A stretch of DNA of 63,843 bases, the filler included, from Chiloscyllium plagiosum (lineage: Eukaryota), in NCBI RefSeq assembly GCF_004010195.1. It is 5 parts of one record of this genome, joined end to end, with 100 filler letters (N's around TTAATTAATTAA, not from the genome) between each part and the next. Parts side by side here need not be neighbours in the genome. Positions count along the whole stretch, not along the records: positions 43,782 to 54,908 come from NC_057715.1; positions 55,009 to 60,980 come from NC_057715.1; positions 61,081 to 63,843 come from NC_057715.1; 2 more parts are not named here. The stretch is one strand, 5' to 3'. A program made the translations under genes and the position numbers. Below are positions 50,472-61,647 of this stretch, piece by piece. Below the pieces are notes generated by a model that saw nothing but the letters and a program-made list of their open reading frames with translations, did no database searches and was not told the origin of the DNA. Positions within the stretch are counted from its first letter, which is position 1; each line of letters opens with the position of its first letter.

Positions 50472-51982
50472 AGCATTTAGAATAGGCCTAAGCCTGAACT
50501 CAGTTCTTGACCTTCTTTCTCCTTAACCAACCTGTCTTGAACCCAAACTCTTGGAGGTGTGCATAAAACCACATGACAAAAGAATAGGCTCAAGGAATGA
50601 TCATATGTAAAATAATATTTGAGGTAGATCAGAAGGCATTTCAGAATGTCAGAAACAATTGGCTAATTTTACTGGAAGGGGAAATGTTAGGACTTCTCTA
50701 TGGATGACCATCCTCATCTGTACAATCAATGACAATTATCTTGAGAAGGCAAATTTTATAATGTTACATTTTAACAGGTTATCCTCTCCAATTTTAGAAT
50801 GTTTTAGAAACATTTCTGTGTCCATGAATGGAAGCTGAAATGCACCTCATCTCATTTAAATTAATATTGACATTTTACCATTATAGAAATATATTTTGCT
50901 ACAACATTAGATAGAGGTGATACGCTTGATTAACGTAGGATTTAAAAAAAGCTCAATTTTGTAATGACTTGAATAGTATCGAAGTGTGAAAACTATCTGT
51001 CATTCTGACAGGTGACAGAAGTGTTATAAATATTTAATCTACATTGCTCTTACCTTCAGAGTTTCTTTTGAACAACAGTGAAAATCAACATTCTTAAAGT
51101 TACGTGTGAAATATCATTCACGTTCCCTACTGGATACTGCAGTGAGTGTGATGATGGTAGTGAAGAGATGGGAAACTGGGTGAAAGTGATGAGTAACTTT
51201 TCACAGAAAGTAACTTCTCCTCTCTGTGCTCCAGTCATACAAGATCAAGTAAGTCATTGGTCGTATGAATGCTGAAACCTTATACTATTAGGAAGCATGC
51301 AACTGGATTACACAACTATAAGTTCTTCCTGGTGTTCACCTTGAGTATCATATTTTATCAATTAAGTTTTAGAGGATTACATCAAATTCACTTTACCTCT
51401 CTTTGGATTAATAACTAAGTTAAATGACTATCAATTACAGCTTCTGGAGTTCTTCATTTTTCTGAATGTCCATGTTACCATGTCTAGCTGCTTGGTCTGG
51501 TCTGTACTTAGTGTAAGGACCATACTTGTTGCAATTTCTTTTGGTGGTTCGAATTGGTGGCTGGAGGTTTTAGATGTCACTTTGTCCTGTGCCAGAATAA
51601 TTGTGCAAATAATACCTGAATTTTTGCAACTTGGTACAAATTGCTTTTATTAAACTGTTCTTGCCATTTTCAGCATTTTGTGTTGTTTACTTCATCAACA
51701 TTATTTAGTTTCTCATGACAAGCAGTTCAGAAATTTTATGGCAATGCTGTTTTGATCAAACATAACTTCAGTTCCATGTGTGTATTGTCCAATCAAAACA
51801 CTGAAGCATTTTTTTCCATAACATTTAGCCATTGCAATTATCAATATTTGTTATGAAGGCAATTAAATGGGCTGCAGAACAGAATAAGGAACAAAATATT
51901 AATAAACAAAGAACACTTAACACTTGCATAAACACTTGGTTACATTTTGCAAAATTAACCAAGTATTAACATTCAGATGCAT

Positions 51983-52087
51983 TAGATTAGATTCCCTACA
52001 GTGTGGAAACAGGCCCTTTGGCCCAACAAGTCCACACCAACCCTCCAAAGAGTAACCCACCCAGACCCATTTACCTCTGACTAATGT
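51983..52087 (-). mobile_element. HE1-like SINE 3' fragment
   Basis: Near-identical to 33966-34070. Confidence 0.85.
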
Positions 52088-53286
52088 ATTAGATGTCTAT
52101 ACTGCAATGGACTAGTTCCTTACCAGAAATGCTACATAAGGTTTTAGGGATGAATGAAGGAGTTCCAGGTGTGATTGAAAAATGTGAGAAGTCTGCTCAA
52201 GGCTGTTTAGCAAATGGTGAATGAATGGCATGCCAATTTCTCAAGTAGCCAATAACAATTTGAAGTAATTCAGTCGGATAAACTGTTGTCTAAATTCAGA
52301 TTGTGGTCATTTATTTTATAAAAATGGTGAATCACAATGCTACAGAAATACAAGTTGCAGTCATAAGGGACCCAGATGGTTGAATTGATTGTTAGAATGC
52401 AAAAGGCTATGGAAGAATCTGCCAAAGAAAAGTAAGCTATGGGAGATGGGTGGGACAAACAAATTATAACTTGATAAACAGTAGCACAACATTTGACTGG
52501 CAGGCTACCAGTACATGAGTCCACTTTGATGAGTCATTCTCTCTCATATATGCGGTCTCTCAGACTTTTACAATTTTGATTTTTTGTTGCAATGGCAGTA
52601 GACCTGAGCGAGGTGGCTATTTGGATAAATATGGTAAGAATATTGGATTATAAGTAACACTTCTGGAATTTAGTGCAACTGGTGTGTTCAGTTGCTGGAG
52701 ACTGCCTCAAGATAATAGGATAAATGTTGTACTGTTGTGTGCTGGGAGAAAGCCACACAATGGTCTGAAGAGTTGGGACAGCAAGCAACGCGTGTCTATT
52801 TCCTACTGGACTGCAACAATAATTCTATCACCTGCATTGAGTTCTATAAGTTACTGTAATAATTTGCATTCTTTTACCTCCTATATTTGGATTATCAGCA
52901 GGAGAAACTCAATTAATGCCATTTATGCTTTTAGTTGCAATCTTTATAGAAACGTCTTTAGATTCCACAAGAAAGATGTATCTCTGTGAGGAAGAAGGAT
53001 TGGAGGATAGAGATAAACCAATCATGAATTGGTATCAAATTGAAAGAAAACACATGGTAAATATTAGTGATAAGCTAAAGGATTGGGACAGCAAAAGATG
53101 ACTAAAATATTAATAGACAAAAATGAACTTTGAGGGTAAACTAGGAAGTAATATAAAAATGGACTGGAAGGCAGTAACCATCTCCAATAAGAAACAACGT
53201 AACCATCATCCCTACACAATCAACTGCATTACCATCAGTGGACCCCCATTACCAACATCCTGGGGGTTACCATTGACTAAAAACGT

Positions 53287-54908
53287 CAGTGTGGTCGGGG
53301 GGCAACAATAACCGCTCCTCAGGCCTGGGTATCCTGTTGCGGGGAGGCAACTTCACCATCTCCGAGGTTAAGGAGGTGGTGGGCAGGTGCCTTCTCGTCA
53401 TGAATGTTACATACAGAAACGCTCCCGTGAGACTAATCAACATGTACGCCCCAGCGGGTAAGAGTGAACGGTTGGCCGTCCTGCAGCAGCTTCCACTGTT
53501 GCTGGCTACGTCCAGGCCAGTCATTCTGGCCGGAGACTTCAACTGTATCATTGATGCAGATGGACGATCCGGCAGGGGGGACAGTAAACTGGATGCCACG
53601 TCCAGAGCCCTGATGGAAACGGTCAAAGATGCCAAGCTGCACGACGTCTTCAGCACCCCTCCTGACAGAGCGCAGCGTAGATACACCTGGTCACGGGCAG
53701 ACGGGTCTATCCGCTCAAGGATAGATTACCTGCTTGTGTCCCAAACACACTCGGTCAGAACCACCGACGTCAAGCCGGGGTTCTTCTCTGACCACTGCCT
53801 CCTGCTGGCTGACTGTCACCTACAGGATGAGCAGCGGGCTGGTAAGGGAACATGGAAGCTGAACACAAAGCTGTTGACCCCGGGAAACATTGAGGAGCTC
53901 AAGAGGAATTACGCAGGTTGGAGAACCGCGAAGCCCCTCTTTGAGTCCCCAGCGGACTGGTGGGAAACAGTAAAAGGGAACATCAAGAGGTTCTTCATCC
54001 TCAAAGGTGTTCAGGAGGTGAGATAGAGGCAGGGAAAACTGTACCAACTCCAGGAAAGTATGCAGAACCTGCTCCCGCTGCAGACGTTGGGGGTCGATGT
54101 CACAGAGGACCTCCAGGAAGTAAAGGGCCAGCAAGCCTTGTTCTTTGCCTTGGAGGCCTCCAAGATAATCTTCCGGTCCAGAGTCCGCTCCATGGAGCAG
54201 GACAAGATGTGCTCACGTTTCTTCTTCCAGAAGGTGCGCAAAGAGAGCTCCGTGCTCAGTAGCCTGAAGGAAGAAGATGGCTTGGTAATGTCATCTCAGG
54301 CTGACGTCATGAGGATCAGCAAATCCTTCTATGCCAGTCTGTATGATGTGAATCCAACTAACAGCGTGGCCTCCCAGTCGTTCCTGTCCTCTATCACGGA
54401 GGTCCTAGACAACGGAACACGAGAGAGGCTGGACCAGCCGCTATATCTGGACGAGCTGACCAAGGCCCTCGAGTCCTTCGAAAAGAATAAAACTCCCGGA
54501 AGCGACGGCTTACCAGTCGAGATCTATTCTGCTCTTTGGGACTTGATTGGCCAGGACCTGCTGGAGGTGTATGTCTGTATGCTTCAGGCAAGTACCATAA
54601 GTGAATCCATGAGGAAAGGCATCATCACCCTCATCTACAAGCAGAAGGGGGAGAGGGAGGAAATTAGAAATTGAAGACCAATCTCACTGTTAAACACAGA
54701 CTACAAAATCTTGTCAAAGGTCATCGCCATACGGGTCAGGTCTGCTCTGGGGTCGGTAATTCACCCTGACCAAACCTGTGCTGTACCGGGCAGGAAGATC
54801 GCTGAGAGTCTCGCACTCCTCAGAGATACGATCGCCTACGTGCAGGACAGTGGGGGTGGACACCTGCCTCATCAGCCTGGACCAGGAGAAAGCCTTTGAC
54901 AGGATATC
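53287..54908 (+). mobile_element. Tx1-clade (L1-Tx1) LINE ORF2, 5'-truncated, EN and start of RT, ending at a gap
   Basis: RLINMYAP...ILAGDFNC...YTW...SRIDY...FSDH...GTWKLN; KTPGSDGLP.E.Y; RPISLLNTDYKILSK; IHPDQTC; SLDQEKAFDRI. Confidence 0.9.
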
Positions 54909-55008
54909 NNNNNNNNNNNNNNNNNNNNNNNNNNNNNNNNNNNNNNNNNNNNTTAATTAATTAANNNNNNNNNNNNNNNNNNNNNNNNNNNNNNNNNNNN
55001 NNNNNNNN

Positions 55009-56125
55009 CCCCGAAGAGTGCTAGCAAACCTACCTCCCAGGATATTGGTGCCCTTCTGGTTCAGGTGCAACCCATTCCTGCTTGTACAGGTCCCACCTTC
55101 CCCAGAATGCAGTCCAATTGTCCAAATACCTGAAGCCCTCCCTCCTACACCATCCTTGCAGCCACGTGTTCAACTGCACACTCTCCCTATTCCTTACCTC
55201 ACTGTCACGTGGCACCGGCAACAACCCAGAGATGACGACTCTGTTTGTCCTAGCTTTTAGCTTCCAGCCTAACTCCCTGAGCTCCTGAATGACCTCCCCA
55301 CCCCTCTTCCTACCTATGTCGTTGGTGCCAATGTGCACCACGACTTCTGGCTGCACATTCTCCCCCTTAAGGATTCTGAAGACACGGTCTGAGACGTCTC
55401 GGACTCTGATACCCGGGAGGCAACGAACCAACCGAGAGTCTCTCCCATGTCCACATAAAAGCCTGTCTGTCCCTCTAACTATAGAGTCTCCTATAACTAG
55501 CGCTCTCCTCCTCTTCCCCCTTTCCCTTCTGAGCCTCAGAGCCGGACCTCGTGCCAGAGACCCGGTCACTGCAGCTTACCCCTGCTAGGCCGTCCCCCCC
55601 AACAGTATCCAAAGCGGTATACTTATTGTTGAGGGGAACGACCACAGGGGATCCCTGCACTGCCTGCTTCCTCCCCTTCCCACCTCTAACTGTTACCCAG
55701 CTACCTCTGTTCTCTGGTGTAACTATGTCCCTGTAGCTTCCATCTATCACCCTCTCAGCCTCTCGAAGAATTCTCAGTTCATCCAACTCCAGCTCCAGTT
55801 CCCTAATGCGGACTGTGAGGAGCTGGAGCTGGCTGCACTTCCTGCAGATGAAGTCAGCAGGAGCATCGGTGGTCACCCCTACCTCAAACATCCTGCAGGA
55901 GGAACATTCCACTGCCTGCGCTGCCATAACTCTACACTTAGTCTCCAAAACAAGAACACCAAGTAGCTTACCTTTTTTTCGGTTAGAGCAGGAGGGAGGG
56001 TGGGAGACACTACACGTGTAGTGTCTCGGGTTCCTTCTCCACTCAAATAACAATTACTTACCTTCCCGACTGGCTTTGCGCTCCGACTTCACTTCCGCCC
56101 AGCTCCCACCGCTCTCTGCTGCAAA
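55009..56125 (-). mobile_element. CR1 LINE 5' UTR and ORF1 (ATG at 55927; one frameshift near 55560)
   Basis: CSSC...CRKC zinc finger, zipper, VIGDSIVRG, VVVHIGTND, VVISGLLPVP esterase motifs. Confidence 0.9.
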
Positions 56126-56954
56126 ATGTGCGACGGTCTAGCCAGTGTCACCCACAACCTGTGAATGGAACAATAAAAGGTTAATGTTACTTCAAAAGAA
56201 ATTGCTTATAATCTTGCAAAAAATAGCAGTAAGCTACTGCATTGCTGATTTCTGAAAATTCCACTATATGTTGATCAAGCTGCTAATAAAATAGTGTAAA
56301 CTATATTTGTGAATAAAAAAGAAAGTGTAGCAGATGTAAGTGTTGGTCACTTAGAATATGAAAGCATACAAATGAAAAGCAAGAATAGGCCGTTCAGCCT
56401 GCGCTCTACCATTTTAATAAAACCATGGCTGATCTGATTATAACCTCTAATCCACATTCCTACCTATCCCTGACTGAGCTTTCATCTCCTTGCTTGCCAA
56501 AAATCTATCTAGCTTTTCCTTAAAAATATTCAAAGATTCTGTTTCTACTACCTTTTTTCAGAAGGTTCTCCAAAATGCTCAACACGTTTGGGGGTGTTGA
56601 GATGTGAGGGAGTTCTCCTTGTCTTTGCCTTAACTGGGTGACACCTTATTTTTAAATAGTGACCCTTTAGTTCTAAATTCTCACACAGAAGGAAATAACC
56701 TCTCCACTGTTGCCCTGTCATCCCTCCGGTCTTAAGTTTCAATCCAGGCATCTCTTACTCTCCTATTCTCCAAGAGGTGCAAGCTGAGCCTGTACAACAT
56801 CTCTTAAGAAAATCCATCTCCATTCCATTTTTTAGCCTGGTAAACCTTCTGTGAACGGCTTCCAGTGTGTTTACATTCATTCTTAAATGGAGACTAATAC
56901 AATGCAGTCCTCCAGATTTAGTCTCAACAGTGTCCTGTAAAACTGAAGTATAGT

Positions 56955-57276
56955 GGGCGGCACGGTGGCACAGTGGTTAACACTGCTGCCTCACAGCGCC
57001 AGAGGCCCGGGTTCAATTCCCGCCTCAGGCAACTCTGTGTGGAGTTTGCACGTTCTCCCAGTGTCTGCATGGGTTTCCTCGGGTGCTCCGGTTTCCTAAA
57101 ATGTGCAGGTTAGGTGAATTGGCCAAGTTAAATTGCCCGTAGTGTTAGGTGAAGGGGTAAATGTAGGGGAATGGGTCTGGGTGGGTTGCGCTCCGACGGG
57201 TCGGTGTGGACTTGTTGGGCCGAAGGGCTGTTTCCACACTGTAAGTAATCTAATCTAATCCAATCTAATCTAATCT
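56955..57276 (+). mobile_element. HE1-like tRNA-derived V-SINE, well preserved
   Basis: A box TGGCACAGTGG (56966), B box GGTTCAATTCC (57010), V-domain, CR1-like tail and (AATCT)n. Confidence 0.92.
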
Positions 57277-57686
57277 CCTAACTTTTTGTATTTAATTCTT
57301 ACAGTAAATGATAACAATGTTGGCTTTCCTAATTGCATGTTGTACATACATATTAGCCTAACTTATGAATTGCAAAAAGGCTATCTATATTCCTCTACAT
57401 CTTGGAGCTCTCCAATCTCTCTCTATTTACATTTTTAATAAATCCTCCTGTCAAAATGAAAATTGACTTTTTCGACATTGCACGCCATTTTCAGGATCTT
57501 CGCACACTCTTTTAAACTATACCGTTTTGCAACTGCCTTAAGTCCTTTTCACATCTTTCTTTCCTACTTATCTATCTTATCAGCAAATACAGATAGCGAT
57601 ATGGTTGCACTTTGGCCAAGTCAGTTGTATAAATTGTAACCAGCTGAGGTCCCAACACTACTTTGTGGCACAACACTTGTTACATA

Positions 57687-57900
57687 CAGTCTGTCCTGAT
57701 ATGTGATAGCTCCATTCCAATGCAATCGCACATAAGAAAATTACATTCATAGCAAAGTCATTTAAACCAATGGGACTGGAATCATGTTATAGCCAATACA
57801 GGTAAGGAAAGTTCACGTTCTACAAATAATGGTATAAATTCTTCAATCGCATTATAGCCAATTTGTGTTGAAGGAGCGTATGTTATAACAGAATCGACTG
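57687..57900. mobile_element. Tigger-like MITE
   Basis: TA-CAGTCTGTCCTG ... CAGAATCGACTG-TA termini. Confidence 0.6.
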
Positions 57901-58340
57901 TATTGTCATCTTCAGAGAGACTAATTTATGCCTACTGTAATTCTCATTAGCCAGGCAATCTTCTGTCTTTGCTACCCCGTAAGCCATAGGCTTTTATTTT
58001 CTGCAATAACCGTTTGATCTGGCACTTTTATTAAATGCCTTCTGGAAATCTAAGTACATTCACCATTCATTTATCCATAGCACATTACTTTCTTAGAACG
58101 TCTCCCAATAGATTGGTTTTGTGAAAGGGAAATCATGTTTAACCAATCAGGCAGAGTCAACTTACCTTTCAATTTATCCACATGCCTTGCTATAACTTGT
58201 AACATTTTCCCTATGATGTTACTCCAACTGACAAGTAGTTTCCTGTATTCTGTCCCCCTCTTTTTGAATAGAGGAATTACATTTGCTATCTTTCAACCCA
58301 ACGGGGCATTCCTGACTCTAGGATGTTGTGGAAAGCTAAT

Positions 58341-58545
58341 GTTAAAAATCTCATACCAACTGATATTCTAACAAGTTTTTATTTGAAAGTACAAGCTTTT
58401 GGAGCACAGCTCCTCCTTCAGGTAGTGAAGGAGCAAGTTCCAAAAGCTTGTACTTCCAAATAAACCTGTTGGACTATAATCTGGTGTTGTGATTTTTTTA
58501 AAAAAACTTTGTCCACCCAAACCAACGTTGGCACCTCCACATCCT
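58341..58545. mobile_element. Fold-back PLE insertion, family B (degraded)
   Basis: atttgaaagtacaagcttttgga / tccaaaagcttgtacttccaaat arms and tail ggcacctccacatc. Confidence 0.75.
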
Positions 58546-59311
58546 GGAAAATTAAAACCAGTGCATCAACTATCTTACTAAGCACTTCTTTTTAAGACCC
58601 TTTTGAAGTTTGTCATGGCAAGGATACCTGCAGCTTGAACAATTTATTCAAAACCACACATCTCATGATTGTAATTTTCTTATGCTTACATTTCCTGATT
58701 TTATCATTACTTCTGGGATGTTACTTGTATCTCCTACTTAATATTGATGCAAAATATCTGATCAGTTCATCTACCACTTCTTTATTTGTCATGATTAATT
58801 CTCCAGATTTGCTTCCTTATAGGAACAACACTTTGTTGACTCTTTTAAAAGTATTTATAGAAACCCAGGCAACAGTTTTTTTTAAATTTCTATCTAGCTT
58901 TCTAATGTATTCTAACACTTCCATTCTTATTAATCCTTAGTTCATATTTGCTGCTGTTAAATTCTGTTCAACTTTGATTTACCACATGCCTTTCTTCAGT
59001 TCTATGAATTTTTAAGTTTGATACTATCTTTAACATTTTCTAACTTCACAGATGGTGGTTATTGGGATTTCTTTTCTTGCTTGTTGGAATAGGTCCATTC
59101 TGTGTATTCTGAAATTTCCAGTGTATCTCTAAGTTAGTTTGCCAATTTACCTTGGCCAATTCTACTTTCATGCTCTCATAAGTTCCCATATTTAAGTCTA
59201 ATACATAATTTTGGACTCCCTCCTTTCTCCATTTAAACTAAATGTAATTGTCAATCATTTGTTGATTGAGGCTAATTAGGGGCACCTTCACTGTTAGATT
59301 ATAATTTAACT

Positions 59312-60980
59312 GCAGAGAGCGGCGGGAGCTGGGCGGAAGTTCAGGCGGAGCGCAAAGCCGGTCAGGAAGGTAAGTGATTGCTATATAAAGAACTTACCTC
59401 GACGCTAACGGTCTTTTCGCAGCAGAGAGCGGCGGGAGCTGGGCAGAAGTTCAGGCGGAGCGCAAAGCCGGTCGGGAAGGTAAGTGATTGCTATTAGAGA
59501 GGGTAAGTTCTAAACCCCAGGTCCTACAAAGTAGGGTCTCCCTCCCTCCCTCCCTCCTCCTCTAACCTAAATTAAGAGTCCACAGACTTGCCACAAAAAG
59601 AGGGTCTAAGGAAGTTTGGATTGAAGAGTGAGGCTTTAGCTCAGGACTCGTTGACAAGGAGGTTGAGTGAAGTGATTACGCCACAGTTGAAGAGGGTGAA
59701 GACATGACTGTCCAGCTGGTTCAGTGCGCTACGTGCTTGATGTGGGAGGTCAATGACTCTGGTGTGTCTGGCTCGTATATGTGTGGAAAGTGTGTGCACA
59801 TTCAACTATTGACCGAGCATATTGCAGTGCTGATGAAAGAACTCGAGGACCTTAGGCTCATCCGAGAGAACGAGATCTTTCTGGACAAGACCTTCAGCGA
59901 GGTTATTACACCAATCATGCCAGAAGAGAGCAGACGATGAGGAAGGCAGAGAGGAGACAGGAGCAAGAGACCCCGGGAGAAGTACCTGTCAGGAACAAGT
60001 TGAAGCTTTTGGAAACAGAGACTGATGACACTACCAGTTCGCAAGGCGGCCAGGTCTGTCAATCTAAAGTTGGCATGGAGGCAGAGCGGAAGAGTCGAAC
60101 ATCGCATAGAGCCGTGGTAATAGGGGACTCCATCGTGAGAGGAACTGACCGGGGTTTTTGTGGCAGCAGACGGGATTTAAGGATGGTGTGTTGCCTTCCT
60201 GGTGCCAGGGTGAAAGACATCGCGGACAGAGTGCAGGAAATCCTCAAGGACGAGGGTGAAGAGCCAGAAGTGGTGGTACATGTCGGCACAAATGATGTCG
60301 GGAAGAAGAGGAACATACTACAGCAGGACTTCGGAGAACTAGGAAGAAGGCTGAAAAGCAGGACGTCCAAGGTGGTTATCTCCGGTTTGCTTCCAGTTCC
60401 TCGGGCTGGTGTGGCCAGAAACAGGGTGATAATGGACTTGAACGTGTGGCTGGAGAACTGGTGCAGGAAGCAAGGATTTAAGTTCTTGGATCACTGGGGT
60501 ATATTTTGTGGTAAGCATAAATTCTACAAGAGAGACGGTTTGCACCTTAATAGGTTAGGGACCAGCATTCTGGCAGGCAGGTTTTCTACTGCAGCTCCGC
60601 TACATTTAAACTAAGTAGCAGGGGGGAGGGGACAAACTGGATGTTTAAAAAGGAAATTGAAGGGAAAGTTAGAACAAGAGAAGTCAAGAAAGACAACTAT
60701 ATCAACGAGGCAGAAAACTCGGAAAGGCATCATGCTGTAAGGTTGAGTGAAATAGGGGTTGATGGGAAGGGTGAGAGCAGTAACAAATTAAAAAGCATTA
60801 GACAAAAGATGGATGAGCTTGAGGCTCTTTTGGAAATTGGCAAATACGATATTGTGGGGATAACTGAGACGTGGCTTCAAGTGGACAGGGCCTGGGAAAT
60901 GAATATTCAAGGCTACACGTGCTATCGTAAGGACAGACTGACGGACAGAGGGGGTGGGGTGGCCTTGTTGGTAAGGGAGA
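59312..60980 (+). mobile_element. CR1 LINE 5' end: tandem 5' UTR units, ORF1 (59704-60614, frameshift near 59938) and start of ORF2 APE
   Basis: CATC...CGKC; VIGDSIVRG; VHVGTND; DGLHLN..G completes the SGNH blocks; ORF2 YDIVGITETWL...YRKDR...GGGVALLV; 5' repeats at 59312-59384 and 59422-59494. Confidence 0.92.
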
Positions 60981-61647
60981 NNNNNNNNNNNNNNNNNNNN
61001 NNNNNNNNNNNNNNNNNNNNNNNNTTAATTAATTAANNNNNNNNNNNNNNNNNNNNNNNNNNNNNNNNNNNNNNNNNNNNTTGGTTGAAAATTCAAATTT
61101 GTATATTTAACTGTGGATTTGCACACCTTTCAGAGGATTATTGCCGTAAATGTGAAATACATACAAACCCAATCTTCTTTTAATTTGTGTACATCTCAAA
61201 TTTCCAGTCTTTATATACTGTAATCTCTGAAGTCCTAAATCTTTTGTTCTGAAACATCAGTTGTCTGGAAATTCTTTAAGCAGAGCCAATTCACAGATCT
61301 GTCATTTAGCTGTATGAGCACGACAACAAATCGAGATGATAGGTTGGAATTTCCTGTGCACACTCATTATGACCAAGCCCATTTCCATTAACCAGCACAC
61401 TTGATAAAACACAGGATTCAGAATGAACTGTTGATGATCAACCACTTTGTTCTTCATCCTTTCTGACTACAGGTGAAATAAAGCACAGTGTGAATCACCT
61501 GTTTGCTTGCTGTCCTAAGCATCATTTTAATGCAGTCTCTTGGAAAGGAAATATACACGGTGAAATCTTGGTTTTTTGAGACTATGCGGAGGAGAGCCTA
61601 AAAATAGGAGATACCGCCACTTGAAGAGTGGGTTGGGTTTCTCATTT

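Larger units (their letters stand above)
56360..59300 (-). mobile_element. Old degraded CR1 hosting a SINE, a MITE and a PLE hairpin
   Basis: aataggccgttcagcc tail, aaatgccttctggaaatctaagtac (reverse YLDFQKAF) and other RT remnants. Confidence 0.65.

Noticed and set aside
51045..51270. Possible further minus-strand exon ending at AAG|GTAAGA near 51052
   Set aside because: A lone donor motif with no promoter, acceptor or coding support, and separated from FHL2 by unsized gaps.
56955..57030. tRNA-like A and B boxes
   Set aside because: This is the head of a SINE with V-domain and LINE tail, not a tRNA gene.
59937..60614. SGNH/GDSL esterase-like ORF as a host or horizontally acquired gene
   Set aside because: It is the established ORF1 domain of CR1-clade LINEs and is followed by an APE ORF2.
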